A stretch of DNA of 64,000 nt from Glycera tridactyla (taxonomy: Eukaryota), in NCBI GenBank assembly GCA_965644265.1, contig OZ286466.1, positions 39,866,001 to 39,930,000 of the forward strand. Direction: 5' to 3'. How positions within the stretch are numbered: position 1 is the stretch's first letter; each line of letters begins with the position of its first letter. The position numbers and the translations under genes were made by a program. Shown piece by piece: positions 20,972-33,930 of the stretch. The notes under the pieces are model-generated. The model was not told the origin of the DNA. It saw only the letters and a list, made by a program, of their open reading frames with translations, and ran no database searches.

Positions 20972-20995
20972 CAGCACCACCACCACCACCAACAT
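20740..20995 (+). repeat. (ACC/AAC)n low-complexity tract
   Basis: Degenerate trinucleotide repeat that explains the His/Gln/Thr-rich ORFs. Confidence 0.8.
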
Positions 20996-23900
20996 TCAGG
21001 GCGAGTTGATTATGTGGTCTGGATACATGTTCTGGACAGTAGAGGTGGCGGGGGAGTATTCCCTCAAATATCGATACAGTGTGTACATCTAGGTTTTATT
21101 TCATACTTCTATGTAAACGATGTGTATGTGTGGTAAAGACGGGCATCTCTGAGGTACACGACTTGGCATGTAAGCTCGTGTAATTTCTCTGCAGTTCGGC
21201 CAGTGGGAGACAGTACGATACTCAGACTGGGGTTGTTTCTCACTATCCTCAGGCAGATTTATAGAGCACACATCTCAATGGAGCAAACCAGAATCCTATA
21301 ACAATACTTCCATTCGGGTATCTTCCAACAATAACATCAAAGGACACGAGCTTTAATAAGCATTGTGGATATGTGGCAAGGCCAGGCCAGTTNNNNNNNN
21401 NNNNNNNNNNNNNNNNNNNNNNNNNNNNNNNNNNNNNNNNNNNNNNNNNNNNNNNNNNNNNNNNNNNNNNNNNNNNNNNNNNNNNNNNNNNNNNNNNNNN
21501 NNNNNNNNNNNNNNNNNNNNNNNNNNNNNNNNACATGTGCGTGTGTGTGCGCATGTATATGAATCTGTGTTTGTGCATTCAGGCTTGTGTTGAGGCACAT
21601 GGTGGTTGTTATGTTTTAGTGGGGGCCACACAGCGTTGTTTCAACTTGCCATCCGACTTGGGGGAGACGTCATGCTGAGAGGCATACAAGAACACCTGTG
21701 CCAATACACCAACCCTCCTTGTTGGCATTCACTTCTTTCAAAACATCACTTCAAATCCAGGGCTCACTTCTGCTATTCTCTAACGGAATACAGATCTGAA
21801 GTAAGTAATAAGTAAGGGTGTCAGTACGATTGTCTGTGAAAACCATGGTTATATAACACCTCTATTCTATATAATGAAACGATCCCTGGTTTCTGGGCCT
21901 CATGAAGGCGAAGAAACGAATTGCAGACAAGAAATATGTTCTTTTGCAACCCAACAAGTGTAAATTATCTCCCTCTGCCACGCTAGCTATCCAGTTCTTT
22001 TTTCAGGTAATGGCGCTGTCTATCCAACATGTGTGCATGTTTTGAATTGGCTGGAAAACAACGTGTCTTGTCGTGATTGGTTGACTTGTAGTGTGTACAG
22101 CTCAATGTACGGTCGATCCTGCTTGGAGCTGACCTCAGCATTCAGGTGCATTTGCAAATCATATGTTTCCCGGGACTCGATGATTGCTTGGCATCACTGT
22201 AGAAGGGAATGTGATCTATACCTGACTTGTGCTCAAAATTGTGCTCAAAAGAAAATAAGAATGGTATAGAANNNNNNNNNNNNNNNNNNNNNNNNNNNNN
22301 NNNNNNNNNNNNNNNNNNNNNNNNNNNNNNNNNNNNNNNNNNNNNNNNNNNNNNNNNNNNNNNNNNNNNNNNNNNNNNNNNNNNNNNNNNNNNNNNNNNN
22401 NNNNNNNNNNNNNNNNNNNNNNNNNNNNNNNNNNNNNNNNNNNNNNNNNNNNNNNNNNNNNNNNNNNNNNNNNNNNNNNNNNNNNNNNNNNNNNNNNNNN
22501 NNNNNNNNNNNNNNNNNNNNNNNNNNNNNNNNNNNNNNNNNNNNNNNNNNNNNNNNNNNNNNNNNNNNNNNNNNNNNNNNNNNNNNNNNNNNNNNNNNNN
22601 NNNNNNNNNNNNNNNNNNNNNNNNNNNNGTTTTTCTTGGTGTAGCATTTAGTAACTTACGATAAAGCTAGCTGTATGTGTTATTTCTAGAGGACAAAACC
22701 TATTCTGCAAACTGGCAGCCATGGTGGAGATCATCGATGCAGCGGATAGGTGCAGACAGGTGTGAGAGGTATCAAGTGGCCCGCATATCAACTTCTCGCA
22801 TAGCACCTGTACTGATTGCTGTTATTTTGGGGGAACGCAAGCTTAACGAGGTAGCAAGTATGTTGGAGTTCATCTAAGGATGCGTAGCGTCCTCTATTGA
22901 TGGCAGGTGGTAAACATGGTACAGGCGTATTCTCGCCAGATGGCACCGACGCGAGCTTACCGGCGGAGCTCCATCAGTGTAGGCCTCTTACAGCGCCCTC
23001 TCGAAGGCATCGGCTTCTTTAGGTCGTCTCTTGTTTAGGTTAAATATTGATCGAACAAAATCAACTGAGGATTTCAATAGATCATCCAGAGTAATAGTCA
23101 GCAAATTGCCCCATCGTTGGTATTCCTTTCTCACCGAAATATTTGATACATAAGGTGGTATATATATGAAGGAGCCATGGGTGTATATTAATAAAACCCC
23201 AAAAGAATAGGTGCAAGAAGAAATCTCCTATTTTAGAATTGATCTTCATTGGACAATACTGAAGTTTCAGTGTCGAAATTCATATGGATCAGGTGCGGAA
23301 AATGTCTCACATTATCAATATGATATCCATTGAGAACTGGTAGCATATATCAGATGCAAGTTGTGCCGAGAATGAATGACAAGCCGGCCTGGAGCAATTC
23401 TTGACATTAAAATACGGGCTTTTTTCACAAGCGCCTCTCTAGACTTAGAGGTGCAAATTAGTGGCAATATCACTTGTCCCACCGACGAGGATGATAGCCT
23501 GCGTGTGTGATGCTGTCGGGGATAGCTCATTGAAATTCAGTAATCTCAGATGAGGGGCTTTAATCCATGAAGTCCCCATCCCTTGTAAAAATGTACTTCA
23601 GCCACTTACCTCTCCCTCTCATCTAAATGGAAGCTGTGATTTTCGAAGTCACATATCTGATTTTACTCTCACCAGCTGACCAGTGATCTGAGTTGTGAGG
23701 TAATGACCACATACCAACATCACAGGGGGTTATGTATGGAGGAGGGGCAGGGGTGGGTTGAACTGCACTTACCGTATCACCCTGCGTATTACTCAGAGCA
23801 AACATCCAGAAAGATAGCTAATTTCAAACTCGAAATTTCATTCTTGTTCAATCATTCCCATATTCTTCAAATTGTTGACTGGTCTTCCTTTTGATATGTA

Positions 23901-25089
23901 TGGAAGCTGTGAAGATCCGATGAAGATGGATCAATAGGAAAAATGAGATATAAAGTATTCCCCCTATTGGTTTCCATTGATAGTGAGGAGGTATCGCTGG
24001 CTGTCTGCGCATGCCTCGACTGCTACTGAGGCCAGGAAGAGGGTAGTGAGAAAAGCCCATATTATCTACAAATTCCTAGAATGACCCCAATAATCACGAC
24101 AATCGGATGGGCCTATCGTCATCACACCCAACACATCAAAAATCCCCATCAAATCCACTGTGATCTCCGCCCTCTCGCGCCCTCTGGTGACCTGATTTCG
24201 CTCCATCTGTCTCCGGTTGCAACTGAAGAAGATGAGCTATCACCGCCATGAAGACGCATCTTGGATTCGAATCTCCCTGTCATTCTTCATCAACTTCAGA
24301 CCTGTACCGAGTCACCTGAATATCGGAAACCTGGACCTGCCAAGGGCTTAAAAATTGAGATTTTTTTAAAGTTGATTTGACTTCGATGTCACACTAATTT
24401 CCAACGTTGTCAAATCACAAATACATACAAATGGACATTTCTTTCATTTNNNNNNNNNNNNNNNNNNNNNNNNNNNNNNNNNNNNNNNNNNNNNNNNNNN
24501 NNNNNNNNNNNNNNNNNNNNNNNNNNNNNNNNNNNNNNNNNNNNNNNNNNNNNNNNNNNNNNNNNNNNNNNNNNNNNNNNNNNNNNNNNNNNNNNNNNNC
24601 AATCTCTCAGTCTCTCTCTCTAACTCTNNNNNNNNNNNNNNNNNNNNNNNNNNNNNNNNNNNNNNNNNNNNNNNNNNNNNNNNNNNNNNNNNNNNNNNNN
24701 NNNNNNNNNNNNNNNNNNNNNNNNNNNNNNNNNNNNNNNNNNNNNNNNNNNNNNNNNNNNNNNNNNNNNNNNNNNNNNNNNNNNNNNNNNNNNNNNNNNN
24801 NNNNNNNNNNNNNNNNNNNNNNNNNNNNNNNNNNNNNNNNNNNNNNNNNNNNNNNNNNNNNNNNNNNNNNNNNNNNCCAGAGGCAGAGTAGACAGATACT
24901 CGAGGGGAACTCTCGCCCAACTGTTTTCCATCTCCCGTCATTCAGCAACCAGCAAGCAAATTAAGCTGAGAAAAATGTCACCTCAGACCAACCTTTGTCC
25001 CACTGAACACAAGCCCACTCTCCAACACCCGCTTACATGCTCGCGCACACTTCTACACCCCCTCCCCCAACATGGGCAGATTCACACAC

Positions 25090-25093
<4 letters not shown>

Positions 25094-25140
<47 letters not shown>
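25094..25140. repeat. (CA)n microsatellite
   Basis: Read directly from the sequence. Confidence 0.95.
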
Positions 25141-25143
<3 letters not shown>

Positions 25144-25444
25144 CGTACTACATGGATTCACAACAGTTTGCAATACGTGCTAAGAACGATTTGCATTCTC
25201 CATGATTTTTTTTATCAAAAACGATCACAAGACAATATTAGTTTATGGGTATGCAATTAAGTTAGGTACCCATAGATCGATGGCATGCGCTCACTTCGCA
25301 ACATTGTGATTTTCAGGCCAAAATGACCCAGATTCGGTTTTAAGTTATGACACTTCAAATGGAGATGATCAAAAGTCCGTTACCATCCACGAAGAATAGA
25401 CCTGAAATTGACAGTCAGGGTCAAATGCTCGTGTGAAGTGCTTT

Positions 25445-26125
25445 CGACATCTGAATCCAGTACCAATGCAGATACCACCTTTGACATCTGAGTTCAGTAC
25501 CAATGCAAACATTGCCTTCGATATCTGAATTCAGCATCAATACAGATACCATCTTTGATGTCTGAATTCAGCACCAATGCAGACATCACCTTCCGCATCT
25601 GAGTTCAGCACCGATGCAGTCATCACCTTTTACTTCTGAATTCAGCACTAATGCAATCATTGTTTTCGATATCTGAGTTCAGTACCAATACAGACATGAC
25701 CTTTGACTTCCAAATTCAGAACCAATGCAGACATGACTTTTGACTTCCAAATTCAGCACCAATGCACAAACATCGCCTTTGACTTATGAAATCAGCACCA
25801 ATGCACAAACATCGCCTTTGACTTCCGAATTCAGCACCAATGCACAAACATCGCCTTTGACTTATGAATTCAGCACCAATGCACAAACATCGCCTTTGAC
25901 TTATGGATTCAGCACCAATGCAGACATGACCTTTGACTTATGAATTCAGCACCAATGCACACACATTGCCTTTGACTTATGGATTCAGCACCAATGCACA
26001 AACATCGTCTTTGACTTATGAATTCAGCACCAATGCAGACATGACCTTTGACTTATGAATTCAGCACCAATGCACACACATCGCCTTTGACTTATGAGTT
26101 CAGCACCAATGAAGACATCACCTCC
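25445..26125. repeat. 39-bp minisatellite, ~17 units
   Basis: Unit ttcagcaccaatgcacaaacatcgcctttgacttatgaa; diverged at the 5' end, homogeneous at the 3' end. Confidence 0.92.
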
Positions 26126-26481
26126 TACTACTAAAGTGATGGCTAACATAGCGACGTGCTGTTCCAATGCTTGGATTTTTGTCCTGTGGAGGAAAGAAGC
26201 TTGTCTGCCTGTATCTGCTAATAAATGTAGCTACATCTGGGTCGCCATCACTGGATCACATCAGGAGGTTGTTTGTTCTTCTCTGTACATCATCGGGCCC
26301 AGGATAGCCGCCAAACAGATACCACTTGTCATTGGCCCATCTATTTATGACTGACTTTGATGATGTTAGTGTGGCTTGGCAGTATCAGCTAGGGTGCTCT
26401 ATTTGCACGTGTGTGTTTGTTTGCATTTCGTGTGCATGCGTGTGAGAGTATGAGAAAGCACACACAAGCACACTCATATAT

Positions 26482-26483
<2 letters not shown>

Positions 26484-26562
<79 letters not shown>
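26484..26562. repeat. Compound (CA)n(TA)n(GA)n microsatellite
   Basis: Read directly from the sequence. Confidence 0.95.
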
Positions 26563-26563
<1 letters not shown>

Positions 26564-28964
26564 GGGGGGTAGATAGAGAGAAGCAGATAGAGAGAGATAG
26601 AGGGAGAGAGAAGGGGCATTTCTTAGATGTACCCAGTTTGCTAGCCAACAAACCAACGGGCCTGGCAACCAACTAAACAGCTGACAAACCAACACAACCA
26701 TTAAAACAACAGCCACTACAGTCCATCAAACAACCTAACCAATCAAGAAAATCAAAACAGAGCAACTAATCAACCAACCAACTACCCAATGAACCAGCCA
26801 AGATAAATATATCTCCTCCAGCCATCTTAGCAGTAGCTATCATATTCTTTTGAAAGCTTATCAACTATCCAGTAGACTCTAATTAGAAGAGTGTCGCCGT
26901 GCCACGGTGTAGTGGAGGCATTTATCATGGACAGGATTTATTATATAATCAAGTAATCTCTAACTTAATCTTGTAGGACACGCATCTTACGAGACATTAG
27001 CCTTCTCGTCTGTTTTATATCCCTTAATTCCCGCGCGTGATTAACATTAAAGCTATAAATAGGTTCTGTAATCAATGGCGGCTTGCTGGCCCGCCTGATT
27101 GGATATCACCGTAATCAGTGAAATCATGTGCCTTTATCTGAACAACATTGAATTATACCACGGCGTCTGTTCCTACTTCCAGGCCACCCATCCCAACCTT
27201 AGCCCGTCTCTTCGTCGATTGTAGTGGTTCACTGTAGTCTTCTATGATTTGGTACCCTGAAGAAGTTGCCTTTAGCTTGATGCTTCCCTTCTCTTTGGTG
27301 GGTATACACCTAAGAACACGGAGTTAATAGCATAGGCTACGCACTTGACAATCAACAGCTGCGGTCTAACCATTCACAGCTACAGCGAGTAAAGAAGTAG
27401 GGGAAACAGGGCCCGATCGGTCACCTCCTCCGCAAGAACCACAGATCATACAAGCCTGTGCAATGGCAGTAGGCTGTGATTGAATAGACAACCCTATCCA
27501 TTTTGGTCGGCAATTCAGGACACAGCATCGGTATGGAGTGACAACCATGGCATTGGTAAATATGGTCAACAATAGAGTGAGGTGTGCATAAGGGATGATT
27601 GGGAGTGCTGCAGGGTGCATGGGTAGCACCTTCACACTCCTCCCAAACAGGAAAGGGCCGCTGCTTAAGTTGGTCCTCTGATCTAGTTTCCGAAGCACAT
27701 GTCGGCTGATTGGCGTTCACGGAAAGGAGGGGGGGGGGGGGGGGCAACTCGATACATACTTACAAATTAAAAACACTGGGGACGACGACACACGAGAACA
27801 CGGGAAAACATGACATCTTCCTTGAAGAAGTATACCATTTATTTATACAGAGATCTCCAATAACTAAAGATGTCGTTTTTGCTAGAATCTTACTTGGCTT
27901 CGATGGATCTCGAACTGCCACCCACAAAGTGACCGAGCAGTTATGTAGACGCGAATAGCATCCAGGATTCTGAGACATTTTTTGGGGAATTACTTCCATA
28001 CTTGTTCCATGGTTCTTTCACACAGGACTGTTCTTGTCTTTATCTGTGAACCCAATCTTTCCATACAGCTTTCTGTGATCAAATTGATTCGTCTGGTTTC
28101 CTAGCTATATATCTTAGCTTAAAGACAGCTTCAAGGCAAAGATGCTACAAGTATTAATTCCGCGGCTTCTCTCAACAACTGAGACTCAAATTATCTAGCT
28201 TTGGGTAATCTCCCGCACGATGTAGCATAAGGCGGATGTCACATACGTGACGGCTTACTTCTAGTTGTTTGATGCAACTTGACCCAAATACCTTCATAGT
28301 CAATGTATATTTAAAATGTTTATGGTGATATAATTTGTGTGTATAGTCCTTGGACATCCCTGATATGCTGAATAGTTTCCGAATTCAAATTCATAGTTTC
28401 TAATTATTCCTATCGATTGCATCTGCATGCTACGAGATACATTCTTTTCTGGATAATCAAGATGAAAATTCCTACAAAGTAATTGATGAGAAATGACTTC
28501 CCATTTTCTCGCAAATATTTGGTCTGCCAGCCATAGAATTTTGAATATCATCCATGTACATAGCCTGAAAATTCCTTATTTTTTGGGGACATCCAAGCGC
28601 ATGACTTCCGCCCCCGAATCATGAATATAAGGAAGCCTAGTAAGGAAAAGGGGTGATGACGAGAACAGTCTCTATCATCAGCCTGCACGACGATCTTTGT
28701 ATCAATAAGTTTCTGAACATACTTTTATTCACGTCAGAGAATACATGCTGCCGGTGGATAGCAGTTATGCTTTAGGGACATAAGTTTCTGACTTCATTTT
28801 GCCTTATACCAGCTTGATTGTTAGTGAGCAAATGAATTGAAAGAGCTCCTAAACATATCCGAGTTAACTTGTTCGAGAATATGGGACAGCTATTCAGAAA
28901 AATAACTTGATACATTTCTGACGATGAAGTCATTGAGAATAATGCTTGATTTAGTAACCAGAAT

Positions 28965-29390
28965 CGTAATGATGGAATGATACCCCTTTTCCTATGGGAC
29001 CCACCTCGAAAGAATATGCGTCATTGTTGGTGAAATAATACTTCCAATCGGTGGGCCCCACTTCAAAAGGAATTGTGTTTTAATGGTGAAACAGTGCAGA
29101 AATGATACTACCAATTCGATGGGACCCACCGCAAACAGGAATCATGAAGGTGAAATGATACCCACCATCAGATGGGACGCACTTCGAAAAGCAAATGTAT
29201 TTTTGGTGGTGAAATGAATATTGAATAGGCCTACATCGAAATGCAATGGTGTTCTTGATGGAGAAATGATATCATTCAGTCGATGAGGCTCGCTCATAAA
29301 ATAATCATATTTTTCGATGGTGAAATGATACTCTTTATCACAAGGTAACCACTTAAGAAAGGAAATGTGTTTTGATGCTGATATTAAGCC
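28965..29390. repeat. Old degenerate tandem repeat, ~55-60 bp unit, ~7 copies
   Basis: Recurring ggtgaaatgata...gatgggacccac..cgaaa motif. Confidence 0.65.
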
Positions 29391-29623
29391 AACTATGAGA
29401 AGCAAAGTAGTATATATGATCCTGTCACTGTAGGCGCACATGATCTTAACAGATAATCAGACAAATAGGTGTATATCATTCATGTTTTTATTCATTGTCT
29501 GGAAGAGTACACTGTGCATACATCATTTTGTATATGAGATCTGATTTGCATACAAAGATACAAATTTAACCTAGGATTTGCAGTAGAAACGATGATGGTC
29601 AATAATTGCACATCCGACCATCG

Positions 29624-29655
<32 letters not shown>

Positions 29656-31744
29656 GTCAATCAATCAATCAACCCGTAAAAATACATGCACCCGAAACAC
29701 TGCAAAATTCTCGCATCATTATATATCGAGAGACCCCCCCCCCCCTCACGTTTATCCTTTCCCCGTTACATGTATTATGGCATGACCCATGAGATGATTT
29801 CTACATTCAGATGTAATCATCATTCGTGTGCAATATTTGCATTTTGTAATCCTATCTCAGCAAAACTGGACGTCTTTTTAACGTCCAAAGAAAGTAAGTT
29901 ACATTCAATGGGATTTCAATGACATTTGGCGTTGGTTTGGTAGCTCTATAAGAAGTTCTTAAAAAAACATAAATCTGGTAGTTTGTCACCTATTCATCCC
30001 CCCCCCCCCCATCATTGATGTATCCATGAGTAATGCAACGAGGCTGAGGCAGCAGTCCCTCGAATCCAATCGAATTTTATACGAAGGAATATATACCCTT
30101 AAGAGCAGCTCTCTTGTCATATCCCAGCCGTTTTCCATATTCCAATAAAGCCCCAAAGATATCTGTATTTGGAAATTCCTAGGATAGTGACGAAGGAATG
30201 GTACTGGCATCAGTGATCTATAAATGAGTGTCAGTGACATACTTGATGTATAAATGAGTGACAGTGACATCATTTATTCAATGATGTCAGTAAAGAAGAC
30301 ACGTCTAATCATTGGTTTAAATGCATCTATTATTTGGAGACCCTAACAATGAATTCAGCTGATTCACGCTGAAATCTCCCAGAGAAAATCTCGTCCCAAG
30401 AAAAATATGTATTCATTACTCAAGTTTGGCTACTCGAGTGACATTAGATATAGCAGTAACAGGGAAAACAAAACTCTGATACAAGATAAGAAAGACACAT
30501 ACACCTTATTTTCACAATAACCTGTCGTATGGGACCAATAGCATTCATTCAATACAATTAGGAAGCCACCCGCTAAAGTACTTTTCATTGCCAACACTAT
30601 ACGACCACTTGCGTCAAGTGATAATTTTTCGCCTTCACGAAAATGGGTTGCATAATACAGGTTCAAGTACATCTTATAATCACAGGGTTTCCTTTTTGGG
30701 CATTACCTTTATTTCTCGTCTTGTTTCTGAAAAATATCCAGTGGAATGAATGGAAGGTGTTGTATTCATTGAAATGTTTCCGCAATAATTGACATGATGA
30801 CAATAATGCTATAATGCTGGACTCTTGACGAAGGTGACTTTGCCCATGGGCCTATCTGGGTGACAACTAAGGCATGTATTTCTTCGAGAGATTGGAAGGA
30901 GGACTAGTAGACTAGTGCATGATGCAATTCATTGTATCTTACAATGTTGAATGTCTATCCCAGAGTACAAGTTTCAAATTGACTTTACCCTCTTGATGAC
31001 GGCCTTTGGAATACCAGGGTACAAGGGTTGCACCAGGGTGCAGATCGTGTAATGACCAAGGTTCGTTTTTGTATGGTTAACTTTGTCAATTTTGGTCAAG
31101 ACTCTGAACAGGAGCTCCGCTATCCGATGTCTAGCATTACTTTTCGGTCCGGGGACACTGCGCCCAATCGCTTCTATGACGACACAATTGAAACCAAGCA
31201 TGGGTAGTACTACATTCACAATGATAATTATATCAATGTTGCATATGTACACATCTGAGGCAATATTGTGATATTCCCTTATGTGCTATTCTCAGTTTGA
31301 AAAAAAGGATAAAACCAGCACGGTCATGAATTCAAATCTTGAAATAAAGAGTATTGCTGAAAGTATTCAAGACTTTTGTGGGAGAATAAGATGTAACAGA
31401 AGGAAGGATTTAACAGACAATAGAAATGTATCGGACATATTGACAGATAACAATGTGGATCAAAGGGTAAATGTGTTGATAAACTGCAACAATCGCGAAC
31501 AATAACAGACAACGTCATCACTTCTTATCAGAAACAAATCAACAAATCACCGAAATAGACAAAGCTTCCAACCCAAATAACAGATAAGTACACTAACGCT
31601 CTCATACACATGAATCAGAATCACAGGCCCACATCACAGGAAATTGACACACATCTTCACTATCATCACGCATAATAATATGGCTAGCAGATATTTGGTC
31701 GAGTTCATGTGAACAGAAATGACACGGACTGGTTTACAGCGAGT

Positions 31745-32776
31745 TGGCCTCTATGTGGACCTGGACTGGGATGTAGCATTGTGGTCTGTGAGTGGGACTA
31801 ACATGGACTGGGATGTAGCATTGTGGTCTGCGAGTGGGACTAGCATGGGCTGAGATGTAACACTGTGGTCTGTGAGTGGGACTAGTATGGGCTGAGACTT
31901 AATATTGTGGTCTGCGAGTGGGACTAACACATTCTGATAGTAAAATTGTGCTCTGTGGGTGGGACTGACATGGGCTGAGATGTAACATTGTGCTCTGTGG
32001 GTGGGACTAACATGGGCTGAGATGTAACATTGTGGTCTGTGAATGGACTAGTATGGGCTGAGACTTAATATTGTGGGCTGCGAGTGGGACTAACACATTC
32101 TGAGATGTAAAATTGTGCTCTGTGGGTGGGACTGACATGGGCTGAGATGTAACATTGTGCTCTGTGGGTGGGACTAACATGGGCTGAGATGTAACATTGT
32201 GCTTTGAGTGGGACTAACACGGACAGAGACGTAACAGTGTGGTCTGTGAGTGGGAGTAACATGGGCTGAGATGTAACATTGTGGTCTGTGAGTGGGACTA
32301 ACATGGACAGAGACGTAACATTGTGGTCTGTGAGTGGGACTGACATGGGCTGAAGTGTAGCATTGTGGTCTGTGAGTGGGACTAACATGGACTGAGACAT
32401 AACATTGTGGTCTGTGGGTGGGACTAACATGGGCTGAAGTGTAGCATTGTGGTCTGTGGGTGGGAGTAACATGGGCTGAGATGTAACATTGTGGTCTGTG
32501 AGTGGGACTAACACGGACAGAGACGTAACAGTGTGGTCTGTGAGTGGGAGTAACATGGGCTGAGATGTAACATTGTGGTCTGTGAGTGGGACTAACACGG
32601 ACAGAGACGTAACAGTGTGGTCTGTGAGTGAGACAAACATGGACAGAGACGTAACATTGTGGTCTGTGAGTGGGACTAACACGGACAGAGATGTAACAAT
32701 GTGGTCTGTGAGTTGGACTAACATGTGCTGAGATGTAGCATTGCGGTCTGGGATTGGGAATAACATAGACAGAGAC
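31745..32776. repeat. 42-bp minisatellite, ~24 units, with higher-order structure
   Basis: Unit gtaacattgtggtctgtgagtgggactaacatgggctgagat. Confidence 0.95.
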
Positions 32777-33834
32777 AGGGAAATAAGGCAGCAAAACAAT
32801 GGATGAGTTTATGGTACATAGCATGAGAATAATTTAAAGCAATTAATGTACATGTATAACATGAGACAGCATGCTGGCCGACACTACCGAATAACCTATT
32901 CTTCCAGACAAACGACATACATATCAGCATCTGGCAGAGTGAATAAAACAACACAGTGTTTAAGCAGCAGTAAGCAGGTCGGCCTTAGAAAGTGTGTGGG
33001 TATTCCACGAAAGCGATTAAAAGACCATGACACATCGTGCAACAGGTAGGGTGGGGAGTGTTACGGATTGGGAACATTGGATATCACGAAAGATATGAAG
33101 AGCGAATTGATACAGCATTCATTGTAAGCAAAGAGTATTTATTAGGAAATAATAACTTGCTCAAACGGATATAGATACAATATGTGAAGCAACGTGGTGT
33201 GTTGAGCACGGGTAGATATTGTTGCCTACAGAATAGCATAAAGAATTTGGTGGAAGCAATTGAAAATTCAGAAATGGTTTTCATGAGTTCGCAATGAAGC
33301 AATCAATTGCAACACTATAGTAATTTAGTATTCGATGAGTGAAATCCCATCTTACTGCAAAACAAGAGCAGTAAATTAGCTATGATTGAAAACTGACGCG
33401 AATGGGAGTTTTCAGCTTCATTGGTGATTGCGTAGAAAAGTAGAAAAAAACTAAAAGACCACCATTTGAATTACAACTCCCACTGAAATACTTCTCATTA
33501 TTGAACTAAGATGAGCTATTTGTGTGACCAGGTCATGTAAATTCATGGACAGTCATTTCAACCTTCCAGCAATGAGGCGGTTTGCATATGTGAGAATCCA
33601 TTTGGGTATATGCGAAGCAGTGTCATTTCGCAACTACATAATATGGACTAGATACGAACATTCCGAACAATGCACATCTTTTGAATGTAGAAAAAAATGT
33701 TACAATATTGATCTCTTGAGTCTGCATATACTTATCTTGAAGCAGTATCATTTGTATAGGGTTTTTGATTGGGCATCGGTGCTGTATGATTCAATGCGAT
33801 GATGATTGTATGGTTGACAACGACGACGAGGACG

Positions 33835-33887
33835 ACAATGGTGATGAATGATGATGGTGATAATGATGATGATGATGATGTTGTTGT

Positions 33888-33927
<40 letters not shown>
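33835..33927. repeat. (GAT)n microsatellite
   Basis: Read directly from the sequence. Confidence 0.9.

Positions 33928-33930
<3 letters not shown>

Noticed and set aside
20717-21136. His/Gln-rich ORF resembling a transcription-factor low-complexity domain
   Set aside because: It is a trinucleotide repeat with no adjoining domain, and similar peptides appear in several frames.
27480-27560. MVVTPYRCCVLNC as the start of a THAP zinc finger
   Set aside because: The downstream W, C and H ligands and the AVP motif were not found.
32065-32824. 244-aa and 216-aa repetitive ORFs as a mucin-like gene
   Set aside because: They coincide with the 42-bp minisatellite, lack credible start or splice context, and are open only because the unit has no stop codon.
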